Shown in pieces: positions 19,546 through 28,657 of a stretch of DNA of 64,000 nt. A program made the translations under genes and the position numbers. Each line of letters starts with the position of its first letter. Within the stretch, counting starts at the first letter, position 1. The notes under the pieces were generated by a model. That model was given only the letters and a program-made list of their open reading frames with translations. It did not search any database and was not told the DNA's origin. This stretch comes from Candidatus Zixiibacteriota bacterium. GTDB taxonomy: Bacteria; UBP14; UBA6098; JBKHBT01. The stretch lies in the NCBI GenBank assembly GCA_046542255.1, contig JBKHBT010000002.1, positions 33,700 through 97,699 on the forward strand, in the 5' to 3' direction.

Positions 19546-20319
19546 TCATGCCAAAGACGATGCAGTCTCTGGTTTATTATAATGATTATTAATCTGGATT
19601 AATTTGCCCTTTTTTTGGATTTCTTCCATCCAATCATGGATAATATCGAGAACTTCATTGCTATCATATTCACTTGCCTGAATTTTCTCGCCAATGAAAA
19701 TCTCCACTTTAGCACTACCGAAGATAAATTCTGTTGGTGGTAGTATCTCATTAGTACCTTTTATGAAAATGGGTACAATTTCCAGATTTTCAATTTCAAT
19801 TAATCTTCTTGTGGAACGCTTGAATCTTTGCAATTTGCCATCTTTGCTTCTGGTACCTTCTGGGAAAACAAAATACCTGTATCCCTTCTTTAGTTTGTTT
19901 TTTATTCTTTTCATTGTTCCAAGTTCTTTACGTGATGGCCTTCTTTCTAAAAATTCGCATTCTATAACCTTGAGCCATGTACCAAAAAAAGGGATTTTAG
20001 AAAGAGATTTTCGCGCGATGAAGGTAGCTCTATTATCAACCCAGCCAAATAGAACTGGTATATCCAGATAACTCAAATGATTGCTAATATACAAAATACT
20101 CTTGTCTTCACTGACATCGACTTCTCCATGTACCTCGACTGAATTAAAACTTGACCAAAATGTAAGCCTTCCCCAGAGCATTATACCAAAACGAAATGAC
20201 GAACCTAATTTGCGCAATAAATATTCTATAGGCATAAAGGGCAAAGTTCCTAAAAAAATCAGGAACATAAGGAAAGTCGATAAAATCGTTTTTAATCTAT
20301 TTAAGAATTTCTTTAGCAT
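19546..20319 (-). CDS. 1-acyl-sn-glycerol-3-phosphate acyltransferase (PlsC family)
   Basis: NHLSYLD, FPEGTRS motifs; start position uncertain (20319 or 20328). Confidence 0.88.
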   Translation of the reverse strand: MLKKFLNRLKTILSTFLMFLIFLGTLPFMPIEYLLRKLGSSFRFGIMLWGRLTFWSSFNSVEVHGEVDVSEDKSILYISNHLSYLDIPVLFGWVDNRATFIARKSLSKIPFFGTWLKVIECEFLERRPSRKELGTMKRIKNKLKKGYRYFVFPEGTRSKDGKLQRFKRSTRRLIEIENLEIVPIFIKGTNEILPPTEFIFGSAKVEIFIGEKIQASEYDSNEVLDIIHDWMEEIQKKGKLIQINNHYNKPETASSLA

Positions 20320-20806
20320 ATTTCTCAACCATTGGCTTTAGGCTTTTGTATGTATCATTTAGGCCTTCCGATATGACTTTTGTATTGGATATCACTGGCA
20401 TAAAATTGGTATCTCCATTCCATCTGGGTACTATGTGCATATGCAGATGAGTATCGCATCCGGCTCCGGCAATTCTACCGAGATTATAACCGATATTATA
20501 GCCTTGAGCATTCATCACTTCTTCCATTGCTCGGACAACAGCCTGGGAAAGAAGATTGATTTCCAAAAGCTCATCTTTTGACAATTCCTTATAATCGGCT
20601 GTATGGCGACATGGTGCGATCATAGTATGTCCATTAGAATATGGATATAGATTAAGTAGCACAAAGCAATATTGCCCTCTGTATATAATTAGATTCTCAA
20701 CATCAGACTCATGTTCTTCAAATTTCCTACAGAGAAAACAATCATCACCATCTAATTCACCGCTTTTGATATATTTCATCCTCCAGGGAGCAAAAATTTT
20801 CTTCAT
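20297..20806 (-). CDS. HIT family hydrolase (Ap4A hydrolase/phosphorylase-like)
   Basis: APWRMKYI, CFLC, LNLYPY..GH, HLHMHIVPRW.GD.NFM; start uncertain (20806 or 20821). Confidence 0.88.
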   Translation of the reverse strand: MKKIFAPWRMKYIKSGELDGDDCFLCRKFEEHESDVENLIIYRGQYCFVLLNLYPYSNGHTMIAPCRHTADYKELSKDELLEINLLSQAVVRAMEEVMNAQGYNIGYNLGRIAGAGCDTHLHMHIVPRWNGDTNFMPVISNTKVISEGLNDTYKSLKPMVEKYAKEILK

Positions 20807-20902
20807 ACTATCTAACCTCAAATCATTTAATTCAAAGGTAAATTTATAGATTATATTTCATTTAGTCAATCACTTTTGGGAATGAGATACTGCCTGAAAA
20901 GG

Positions 20903-21751
20903 TTAATCGAAAACATTAATAGGTTCTGATTCATAAATTTTTGCATAAATAGTAAATTCATACCAATCACCAATGCCCGATATATAATCTGATATATCTC
21001 TATTAAATAATCGAATTAATTCCTTCCCCGAAATCCCGATGCCAAGGTAGAGTTCTCGTTTGGGCAATAGCCAATGAACAGGGTCGGGTTCTCGTGATGT
21101 GCTATATCCAAGACCAATATCAAATGGAATATTCTCATCTGCCTGATATGTCAGCCAGTATATTGTATTATCGTAATGTAGTGCATTTTGTGCAACTATT
21201 AGGTTCGGAGAAATATCTTGAAACCTCTTAAATGATACTCGCAGGTCAAATTTCTTAACACTGGGATATTTCTGCCTTGCAATCTCAAAAGCAATTCCCG
21301 CTGTTCCGAATATTAAATCGGATGTACCAAAACCCTGACCGGGATTATATGCATCGAGTATTTCAACCCAAACAGCAATTCCAAAAGAAATAGACGAACC
21401 GATAATCAAAGAAGTTTTATCATTAAATCCGGTCCATCTTGCAAGTCCGCCAGCAAGCTGAGTAACTCTTTGTCCGGCAACGAAATGAGAATACTCATCG
21501 TTTTGTAAAAATCCATCTCCCTGAAAGTCATTTGTTTTCCAATGCCATGAACTTCTATCAGATGCTCCCCAAGCTTCTTTAAATCTTGTCCCTGAATAGT
21601 AAAGTGCTCCAGCAGAGAATGCACTTGTAGTTATAATGCGCCATGTTTCCAGGTCATGTTTTGTGCTATCTTGAGTTTCTGGCAAATTATTATCTGCAAA
21701 AATGCTATTTGATATTAAAATTAAGATTATTAGGCTAACAAGTAATTTCAT
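20903..21751 (-). CDS. DUF2279/YfiM-like exported membrane protein
   Basis: Signal peptide from MKLLV; DEYSHF, EILDAY...GFGTSDL...G, Y....YWL motifs. Confidence 0.65.
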   Translation of the reverse strand: MKLLVSLIILILISNSIFADNNLPETQDSTKHDLETWRIITTSAFSAGALYYSGTRFKEAWGASDRSSWHWKTNDFQGDGFLQNDEYSHFVAGQRVTQLAGGLARWTGFNDKTSLIIGSSISFGIAVWVEILDAYNPGQGFGTSDLIFGTAGIAFEIARQKYPSVKKFDLRVSFKRFQDISPNLIVAQNALHYDNTIYWLTYQADENIPFDIGLGYSTSREPDPVHWLLPKRELYLGIGISGKELIRLFNRDISDYISGIGDWYEFTIYAKIYESEPINVFD

Positions 21752-21789
21752 AGTAAAGAAAATATACTCCATTTTGGAAAACACAAATT

Positions 21790-21822
21790 AAAAAAGAGAG
21801 GACAAAGCCCTCTCTTTTTTTT
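21790..21822. terminator. Terminator after the large OmpA-family gene
   Basis: AAAAAAGAGAGGAC-AAA-GCCCTCTCTTTTTT. Confidence 0.8.
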
Positions 21823-21842
21823 GGCTCAATTTTGAAAGCTAT

Positions 21843-23927
21843 TTATTTGAGCCTTCTGAATTCGATTCTTCTATTATTGGCACGGCCTTCTTTGGTATCA
21901 TTGGAAGATACCGGCTTTGTTTCGCCATAGGCTTCCACCTTAAGCTGTTTTTCATCTATTCCCTGCCTTACCAGCCAATCATAGACAGCTCTGGCCCTTA
22001 GTCGTGATAATCCCATATTATCTCCAACCTTTTCTTCACATGTACCTGTTGGTTGTTGATCATCTGTATGGCCTTCTATGGCAACATGCATCTCGGGATG
22101 AGCCTTGAGAATTTCATATGCTTCTTGCAGGTCATCTTCGGCCTTTGGAGTTATATCCCATTTGCAGGACTCGAAATGCACTCTAACAGCAATCGACTGG
22201 CCTTTTTCGAGTTTCCTGCAACCGAGTGAATCGACATCTTCGCCTTCTTTTGTATTCGGGCACTTGTCTATGCCATCGAAGACTCCATCGCCATCGGTAT
22301 CTTTTGGGCAACCGAATTCATCGACATAAGCTTTTGCAGGAGTTCTTTGACATTTGTCGATACCATCTGGAACGCCATCGCCATCACTGTCTTTTGCGCA
22401 GCCTTTGCTATCAACAACTGCGCCCTTTTGTGTATTTGGACATTCATCGATTCCATCATAAACACCGTCATCATCTCTGTCTTTAGGGCAACCTCTGGAA
22501 TCTACCCTAGCGCCTTGTGGAGTTCTTGGGCAATCGTCATTATGATCATAAACACCGTCATCATCAGAATCTACCGGGCAGCCGCGTTCATCTACTGTAG
22601 CGCCTTTTGGTGTATTCGGGCATTTATCTTCTTCATCACCAATTCCATCGCCATCTGCATCGGCTTCTGCCAATGGACAACCAAACTGATTGACCTGTGT
22701 CCCGCTTGCAGTATTTGGGCATTTGTCTATGCCATCGTAAACACCATCGCCATCGGAATCCAAAGGACAGCCATTGACATTTACAGTAGCGCCTTTCGGA
22801 GTACCAGGGCAGGCATCTTTATGATCTGGCACACCATCTTCATCGCTATCTATTGCACAGCCTTGCTCATCAACTTTGGCACCACTAGGCGTATTAGTAC
22901 ATTTATCGATTCCATCGTAAACACCATCGCCATCGGAATCGGTAGGACAGCCTTTTGCATCGACAGTTGCATTAAACGGGGTCTTCGGGCATTGGTCGAG
23001 TCCATCGTACACGCCGTCCTGATCTGAATCCACAGGGCAACCGACTTCATCGACTGTCGCCCCAAGAGGTGTATCCGGGCATTCATCGAAATTATCATAA
23101 ACACCATCGCGGTCAGAATCTCTTATTCCGCCATAATAGAAAGTAATATGCGCTCTTGCATCGACTCTTAGCCGAACTGTATCGGTAACATATTGGGCAA
23201 ATTCATCCATAAATGGCACTACTCCATAGGCTCCAACATCGATACCTACCTGTGGAACCGGGAAAACTTCCATGCCAAGGCCGAATGAACCCATAAAATG
23301 ATTCCCAGAGAAATCTTTCCACGAATCATCATGCGAGTCCCAGACTTCAACAACTTCGCCATCATTAATATCATTGACACTCCACATATAATAACCCAAA
23401 CCCAAAGTTAGAAAGGGATTAAAGGCAGATTGATACATGCTTCTAAATTGAATATAAAGCTCGATAGGCAAATATTGGTATCTAACCTGAGGATCTTCCA
23501 TTCTATCGAATGTAGTTTTGGCTTTATTGGTATAGTCATAAGGGTCGAGTCCTCTTTTATCGAATGATCTATCATATTCTCCATGCTCTGGATGCCTTAT
23601 AAGCCATGGAAATTCATCGACTCCATGGTGAACCCAACCAGAATCTCCAGGAGAAGTTTCTTCCCATAGATTGATATTGATAACATCGGCTACATAATTA
23701 TATCCAAAGTATCCATTGACACCGATCTCGACACTTTTGCTAACACCATATTTAATATGTCCGCCGAATTCATTTCCTATATTAGTATAATCCGATTCTG
23801 TAAGATTTTTGAACAAACCAGTGCCAGCTCCTATACTTACCTTCTGTTTCACACCATTAGTTTCAACAGAAAACAATGCAAACTGCAAGCACAGGATTGC
23901 TATGAAAATAATAAACGCTCTTTTCAT
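21843..23927 (-). CDS. OmpA-family outer-membrane protein with 10 thrombospondin type-3 repeats
   Basis: Signal peptide, beta-barrel-like N-terminus, 10 x D.D.DGV.D..D.CP.TP, C-terminal EGHTD...LS..RA...NRRIE. Confidence 0.9.
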   Translation of the reverse strand: MKRAFIIFIAILCLQFALFSVETNGVKQKVSIGAGTGLFKNLTESDYTNIGNEFGGHIKYGVSKSVEIGVNGYFGYNYVADVININLWEETSPGDSGWVHHGVDEFPWLIRHPEHGEYDRSFDKRGLDPYDYTNKAKTTFDRMEDPQVRYQYLPIELYIQFRSMYQSAFNPFLTLGLGYYMWSVNDINDGEVVEVWDSHDDSWKDFSGNHFMGSFGLGMEVFPVPQVGIDVGAYGVVPFMDEFAQYVTDTVRLRVDARAHITFYYGGIRDSDRDGVYDNFDECPDTPLGATVDEVGCPVDSDQDGVYDGLDQCPKTPFNATVDAKGCPTDSDGDGVYDGIDKCTNTPSGAKVDEQGCAIDSDEDGVPDHKDACPGTPKGATVNVNGCPLDSDGDGVYDGIDKCPNTASGTQVNQFGCPLAEADADGDGIGDEEDKCPNTPKGATVDERGCPVDSDDDGVYDHNDDCPRTPQGARVDSRGCPKDRDDDGVYDGIDECPNTQKGAVVDSKGCAKDSDGDGVPDGIDKCQRTPAKAYVDEFGCPKDTDGDGVFDGIDKCPNTKEGEDVDSLGCRKLEKGQSIAVRVHFESCKWDITPKAEDDLQEAYEILKAHPEMHVAIEGHTDDQQPTGTCEEKVGDNMGLSRLRARAVYDWLVRQGIDEKQLKVEAYGETKPVSSNDTKEGRANNRRIEFRRLK
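22215..23120 (-). repeat. Coding tandem repeat, about 90-bp unit x10 (TSP3 Ca-binding repeats)
   Basis: Recurrent ACACC(A/G)TC...ATC units matching the DxDxDGVxDxxDxC repeats. Confidence 0.85.
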
Positions 23928-23990
23928 AATAGCTCCTTAAATTAGTGTTTTCGATTAGTATTATATGCAAGATTTCAAAAATTTCCAGTT

Positions 23991-25235
23991 TTATTTTTGC
24001 TCTGCTATGATTTCCATTCGTCTGTTCTTTCTAATGCCTTCCGAAGTAGCATTTGATGCTATCGGTGATTGCTCGCCTTTTGGTTCAAATGTAAGCAACT
24101 CCTCGTCCACTCCTCTTTCAATCAAAAAGCTTTTTACTCTATTAGAAACCTGTAAAGCCCTATTGTAATTGAATCTTGGCGAACCCTCGCTATCTGTATA
24201 GATTCTAATTACTACTTTTCTATCTGGATAAGCTCTTATTCTATTTGCTATCTTTTCCAAAACGCCTACAGCTTTTCCTCTAAGATTTAATGATGCATCG
24301 TATAGATCATATATAACAATTGAGTCTATTGGCATAGTATATGGACATCCAAATCTATCAACTTCGAAACCGGTCGGAGTCCCTGGGCATCTATCGATTC
24401 CATCGTAAACTCCATCTTCATCGGTATCTTTTGGGCAACCTTTACTATCAACAATCGCTCCTTTGGGGGTTGCAGCACATGAATCTTCAAAATCAGAAAC
24501 ACCATCACCGTCAGTGTCGGCCGGACAACCAAATGAGTCCACAACTATTCCTATGGGAGTTTCAGGACATTTGTCAACACCATCGAATACACCATCACCA
24601 TCAGAATCGAAAGGGCATCCAAGAGAATCTACAAATGCTCGAAAAGGTGTATCAGGACAAATATCGATTCCATCGAAAACTCCATCACCATCGGAATCTA
24701 TTCCACAACCATGTTTATTTACTTTGGCATTTTTTGGAGTATTTGGACAAATATCTATATCATCTTTTACCCAATCACGATCTTTATCTTTGAATCCCAA
24801 CTTGTAATCAAAAGCTATGCCAATAGTAGGATATTCGAAATTAATATTGTATCCTCCCTGAATATCTATACAAAAACTCGGTGTAATATAATAACTAATA
24901 CCTAATGATGGCTGGAATGAAAAATCTCCTGCCGAAAAATTATATCTATTATCGAGCAATGGATGGACAGCAATCCTCTTATGCAAACTCTTCTTGTAAC
25001 CGACTTTCAAGGAAGCTAAGGAATTATAATCACCATCACTATTAAATTTTCCAATGTAGCCTATTCCACCAGTAAGGTTAAAATCAAATTCATCGAAAAG
25101 AGAAACACCGATTGCCTTATAGCTATTATCGATATCTGTCTCATAGGATGCTTCTAAAACAAGAATCGGCATAGCAAGCAACATTTGAAATAGGCATATA
25201 ATTATGGATACTATATGTATTCTAAGAAATCTCAT
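23991..25235 (-). CDS. OmpA-family protein with 5 TSP3 repeats (paralog of the neighbour)
   Basis: 5 x D.D.DGV.D..D.C; C-terminal IYTD...GE..PIASN....G...NRRME. Confidence 0.85.
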   Translation of the reverse strand: MRFLRIHIVSIIICLFQMLLAMPILVLEASYETDIDNSYKAIGVSLFDEFDFNLTGGIGYIGKFNSDGDYNSLASLKVGYKKSLHKRIAVHPLLDNRYNFSAGDFSFQPSLGISYYITPSFCIDIQGGYNINFEYPTIGIAFDYKLGFKDKDRDWVKDDIDICPNTPKNAKVNKHGCGIDSDGDGVFDGIDICPDTPFRAFVDSLGCPFDSDGDGVFDGVDKCPETPIGIVVDSFGCPADTDGDGVSDFEDSCAATPKGAIVDSKGCPKDTDEDGVYDGIDRCPGTPTGFEVDRFGCPYTMPIDSIVIYDLYDASLNLRGKAVGVLEKIANRIRAYPDRKVVIRIYTDSEGSPRFNYNRALQVSNRVKSFLIERGVDEELLTFEPKGEQSPIASNATSEGIRKNRRMEIIAEQK

Positions 25236-25295
25236 ATTTAGTAATTTAATATCTTTTCGGCACTTTTAGCAATCAAAATCATCTGATAAACCAAT

Positions 25296-25325
25296 AAAAA
25301 GGCAGGATATATATCCTGCCTTTTT
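25296..25325. terminator. Perfect 30-bp palindrome, terminator after rpsA
   Basis: AAAAAGGCAGGATAT|ATATCCTGCCTTTTT. Confidence 0.85.
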
Positions 25326-25366
25326 AATTATATTTATACTAGGAGCACTTTACCTTTCGGCATTTT

Positions 25367-27226
25367 TTATTCTTGCTCCGTATCAGTTTCTTCCTCTTCA
25401 GGGATATCTTCTTCGACTTCCTCAGATTCTTGAGCTTTTTCATCATCTTCGAAATCATCCCTATCGGATACTACCTTTGTAACGGCAATGTCTTCCATTT
25501 TCTGTGTCTTTATCGGGTGAGAAGTCATATACCTGTGCAGGTCTTCTTCTCTTCTGCTTTCGAAATATGCAGTAACCGATAGGACTATCCTATGGTCCTG
25601 TGGATCGAATTCCAGTACCTTGAGTGGAAGTAATTCGCCATTTTCAAATGCATCTTCAGGCTTGTTTACTTCTTTTCCAAGCTGTGTAACAGGTACAAAT
25701 CCTTCGACCTCTCCCGGAAGAATAACCGTAACGCCACGGTCTGTCATTCGAATGATTTTGCCTTTGGTCTCGGCTCCAACACCGAAATTCCCAGCAAGCT
25801 CAGGCCATGGGTCGCGTGCGAGTTGCTTATAGCCCAAAGAAATCCTGTGCTTTTCCTTGTCTATATCCAGAACAATCACATCGACTTCCTGGCCCTTGTG
25901 CAGGATTTCGGAAGGATGCATGATTCTCTTTGTCCAGGAAAGATCAGAGATATGAATAAGGCCATCTATGCCTTCTTCAAGCTCGACAAAAACACCAAAA
26001 CTCGTCAAAGAACGAACCTTGCCGGTAACTTTGGCACCAACAGGATACTTCTGATCGATGATTTCCCATGGATCAGTTTCAAGTTGTTTGATACCAAGTG
26101 ATATCTTCTGATTGTTTTGGTCTATATTTAGAACTACGACATCGATGATATCGCCAAGTTTGAGAATCTGATTGGGATGTTCGATATGCTTTGTCCATGA
26201 CATCTCAGAAATATGGACAAGCCCTTCAACGCCCTTTTCAAGCTCGACAAAAGCGCCATATTTTGTGATGTTTATTACTTTACCCTGAACTTTAGAGCCA
26301 ACAGGATATTTTGCAGTAACGGTTTCCCATGGACTTGGTACGAGTTGCTTGAGTCCGAGAGAGATTCTCTCTTTTTCCTTATCATATTTGAGAACTTTTA
26401 CTTCGAGTTCATCAGAAATACTAACCAGTTCCGAAGGATGATTTATCCTTGTCCATGACATATCTGTGATATGAAGTAGGCCGTCCATTCCACCGAGATC
26501 GATAAATACGCCAAAATCGGTTATATTTTTGACGACTCCAGTTACTATATCGCCTTCTTCAATTTTCGAAAGCAGTTCTCTTCTCTTTGCGGCTCTTTTT
26601 TCTTCAAGAATCGCACGATGTGAAACGACAATATTCTTACGCTTTCTATTGAGCTTAAGAATTTTGAAGTCCATTTCTTCGCCGACAAGAGCATCAAAAT
26701 CCGGTACTCTACGAAGTTCGATCTGGCTACCGGGTAAGAATGCTTCGACACCACCCAGATTAACAACCATACCACCTTTGATACGATGCTTAATGCGGCC
26801 CCTAACGATGCTATTGTTTTCAAATGCTTCTCTAATGTCATCCCAAACGCGGAGAAAGTCGGCTTTCCTTTTGCTAAGAACTACCTGGCCTTCTTCATCC
26901 TCTAATGCATCGAGATAAACTTCTACTTTCTCTCCAACTACAACTTCATCGTCAAATTCATTGCGCGGTATAAGGCCTTCGCTCTTATAGCCGATATCGA
27001 CAATGACTTCCTCTTCCATAACCTCGAGAATTTCGCCCTCGATTATGGAACCTTCTTTTCTTGGTTTGAATGTACTTGCGTACTGTTTTTTTAGCTCTTC
27101 GAGCTCTTCAGGTGAATATCCGTCATCATACTCTGGGATATCCCCTTCCATGATGATTTCTCCTTCCTCGTCTCCGGGGAAGAATTCTACCTCCTGGTCT
27201 TCAAGTTTTTCAGGCATTGCTGCCAT
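25367..27226 (-). CDS. rpsA: 30S ribosomal protein S1
   Basis: Six S1 domains (DIGYKSEG, AFLPGSQ, DGLLHITDMSW, EGLVHISEMSW, DGLIHISDLSW); acidic termini. Confidence 0.96.
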   Translation of the reverse strand: MAAMPEKLEDQEVEFFPGDEEGEIIMEGDIPEYDDGYSPEELEELKKQYASTFKPRKEGSIIEGEILEVMEEEVIVDIGYKSEGLIPRNEFDDEVVVGEKVEVYLDALEDEEGQVVLSKRKADFLRVWDDIREAFENNSIVRGRIKHRIKGGMVVNLGGVEAFLPGSQIELRRVPDFDALVGEEMDFKILKLNRKRKNIVVSHRAILEEKRAAKRRELLSKIEEGDIVTGVVKNITDFGVFIDLGGMDGLLHITDMSWTRINHPSELVSISDELEVKVLKYDKEKERISLGLKQLVPSPWETVTAKYPVGSKVQGKVINITKYGAFVELEKGVEGLVHISEMSWTKHIEHPNQILKLGDIIDVVVLNIDQNNQKISLGIKQLETDPWEIIDQKYPVGAKVTGKVRSLTSFGVFVELEEGIDGLIHISDLSWTKRIMHPSEILHKGQEVDVIVLDIDKEKHRISLGYKQLARDPWPELAGNFGVGAETKGKIIRMTDRGVTVILPGEVEGFVPVTQLGKEVNKPEDAFENGELLPLKVLEFDPQDHRIVLSVTAYFESRREEDLHRYMTSHPIKTQKMEDIAVTKVVSDRDDFEDDEKAQESEEVEEDIPEEEETDTEQE

Positions 27227-27923
27227 GTAGGTTCTCCTTTTGGTTTATATGTTGTCTTAAATTATTGACTTTGGAAATTATATCATCTACCACCTCTTGA
27301 ATACTCTGTCCGGTCGTATCCATAATAATGGAATCTTCTGCGGGTTTAAGAGGTGCGACTTCCCGCTCGGAATCGAGCTTATCCCTCCTGGCGATTTCTT
27401 CTGCGATTTTTTCTATATCTTCGCCTTCTAATTCGGGATTTTTGGGGTCGCTTTGCCTGCGCCTTGCTCTTTCCAATGGAGATGCCGTCATAAAAATCTT
27501 CAGATCGGCATCAGGCAAGACCACTGTAGATATATCCCGTCCTTCCATAACCACGCCATTGTATTTATTTGAAAATTCGGTTTGCTTAGCAAGATTTTGC
27601 TGTTTCCTCACCATTCTTTCCCGGACTCCAGCAGGAGCGCAAACATAAGATACTCTCTCTGTAACATCTGGTGTCCTAATTAACTTGCTAACGTCCTCGC
27701 CATCTACAAAGCATTTATTGACATCTACTTCGATAGAATGCGATTCGAGAAGCTGTATAAGAGCCGGCTCATCGCTTTTGCCAATATTCTCGCGTATAGA
27801 CAAAAGAGTGAGCGCTCGATACATCGCTCCTGTATCGATATATCTATAGCCCAGTCTATCTGATATCTCTTTAGAAACTGTGCTTTTGCCCGAAGCGGCT
27901 GGGCCATCGATGGCTATTTTCAT
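27210..27923 (-). CDS. cmk: Cytidylate kinase
   Basis: IAIDGPAASGKST, DTGAMYRA, EGRDI, RD..DS.R..APL. Confidence 0.95.
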   Translation of the reverse strand: MKIAIDGPAASGKSTVSKEISDRLGYRYIDTGAMYRALTLLSIRENIGKSDEPALIQLLESHSIEVDVNKCFVDGEDVSKLIRTPDVTERVSYVCAPAGVRERMVRKQQNLAKQTEFSNKYNGVVMEGRDISTVVLPDADLKIFMTASPLERARRRQSDPKNPELEGEDIEKIAEEIARRDKLDSEREVAPLKPAEDSIIMDTTGQSIQEVVDDIISKVNNLRQHINQKENLHGSNA

Positions 27924-27951
27924 TCTCTCCTTAAACGTTCTGCAGAAGCAT

Positions 27952-27979
27952 ATTATACACCAGCTAGTTCACAGAACAA
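27952..27979 (-). promoter_or_regulatory. Putative sigma70 promoter for cmk-rpsA
   Basis: TTGTTC-N16-TATAAT on the minus strand, 28 nt upstream of the cmk ATG. Confidence 0.5.
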
Positions 27980-28154
27980 GTTAAGCCAGTTACAATGACA
28001 AATCTTTTTGCACGATAGTTGTTCTCTCAATATACCTAAACAAATAGATATACTTTAACTATCGAACAATTAAGCCCTAAAAATATAAAAAAAACTCGCA
28101 AATTCAAGTCTTTTCGCAAATTTTTTTGCTTTTTTTGCCTTTTTCTGGGATTTT

Positions 28155-28613
28155 TTAGCTTTTTCTGTGATATGGGTGATTATTTATAATAGAAAGTGCC
28201 CGATAAATCTGCTCAAAAAGTAAAATAAGAGCAATATCATGCTGGAGTGTCATTTTAGATAAGGATATTTTTCTATCCGCTCTTTTTTTCAATTTGTCCG
28301 AAATTCCATCTGCGCTGCCAATAATGAAAATAATATCTCTAGATAATTGCATCTTTCTATTGAGCAATTTTGCAAGTTCTAAACTACTTAAGCTTTTTGC
28401 TTTTCTTGTCATAACAATTATATCGCATTTTTCATCGACAATCGAAAGAACCTTATCTGCTTCTTCATCTAGAGCTTGCTTGCCATCGAGTTTTGATGCT
28501 TTGATGAATCGATACTGAAAGCCTATGAAATGGCTAATCCTTTTTTCAAATTCGCCAATAAATGATTGGAAATCAGACCTTGGTTTACCAACTGAAATTA
28601 TTTGTATATTCAT
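28155..28613 (-). CDS. rlmH: 23S rRNA pseudouridine-1915 N3-methyltransferase
   Basis: IISVGK, FIIGSADG, SLSKMTL.H, EQIYRA..I....PYH. Confidence 0.9.
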   Translation of the reverse strand: MNIQIISVGKPRSDFQSFIGEFEKRISHFIGFQYRFIKASKLDGKQALDEEADKVLSIVDEKCDIIVMTRKAKSLSSLELAKLLNRKMQLSRDIIFIIGSADGISDKLKKRADRKISLSKMTLQHDIALILLFEQIYRALSIINNHPYHRKS

Positions 28614-28620
28614 AAAATTT

Positions 28621-28647
28621 AACCGCCCGGTTCTCCAGGCGGTTTTT
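28621..28647. terminator. Stem-loop between the acyl-CoA dehydrogenase gene and rlmH
   Basis: AACCGCCCGG-TTCT-CCAGGCGGTT. Confidence 0.55.
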
Positions 28648-28657
28648 ATATCGATAT

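Noticed and set aside
19241-19549. 102-aa ORF between plsC and accB
   Set aside because: Very AT-rich, low-complexity translation with no recognisable motif; more likely a promoter-containing spacer, although a small gene cannot be excluded
22347-23027. 226-aa plus-strand ORF
   Set aside because: Antisense shadow of the TSP3 repeat region
22215-24788. Regularly spaced ~90-bp DNA repeats as a possible CRISPR array
   Set aside because: Repeats are degenerate at third codon positions and encode TSP3 repeats in frame; no cas genes are present
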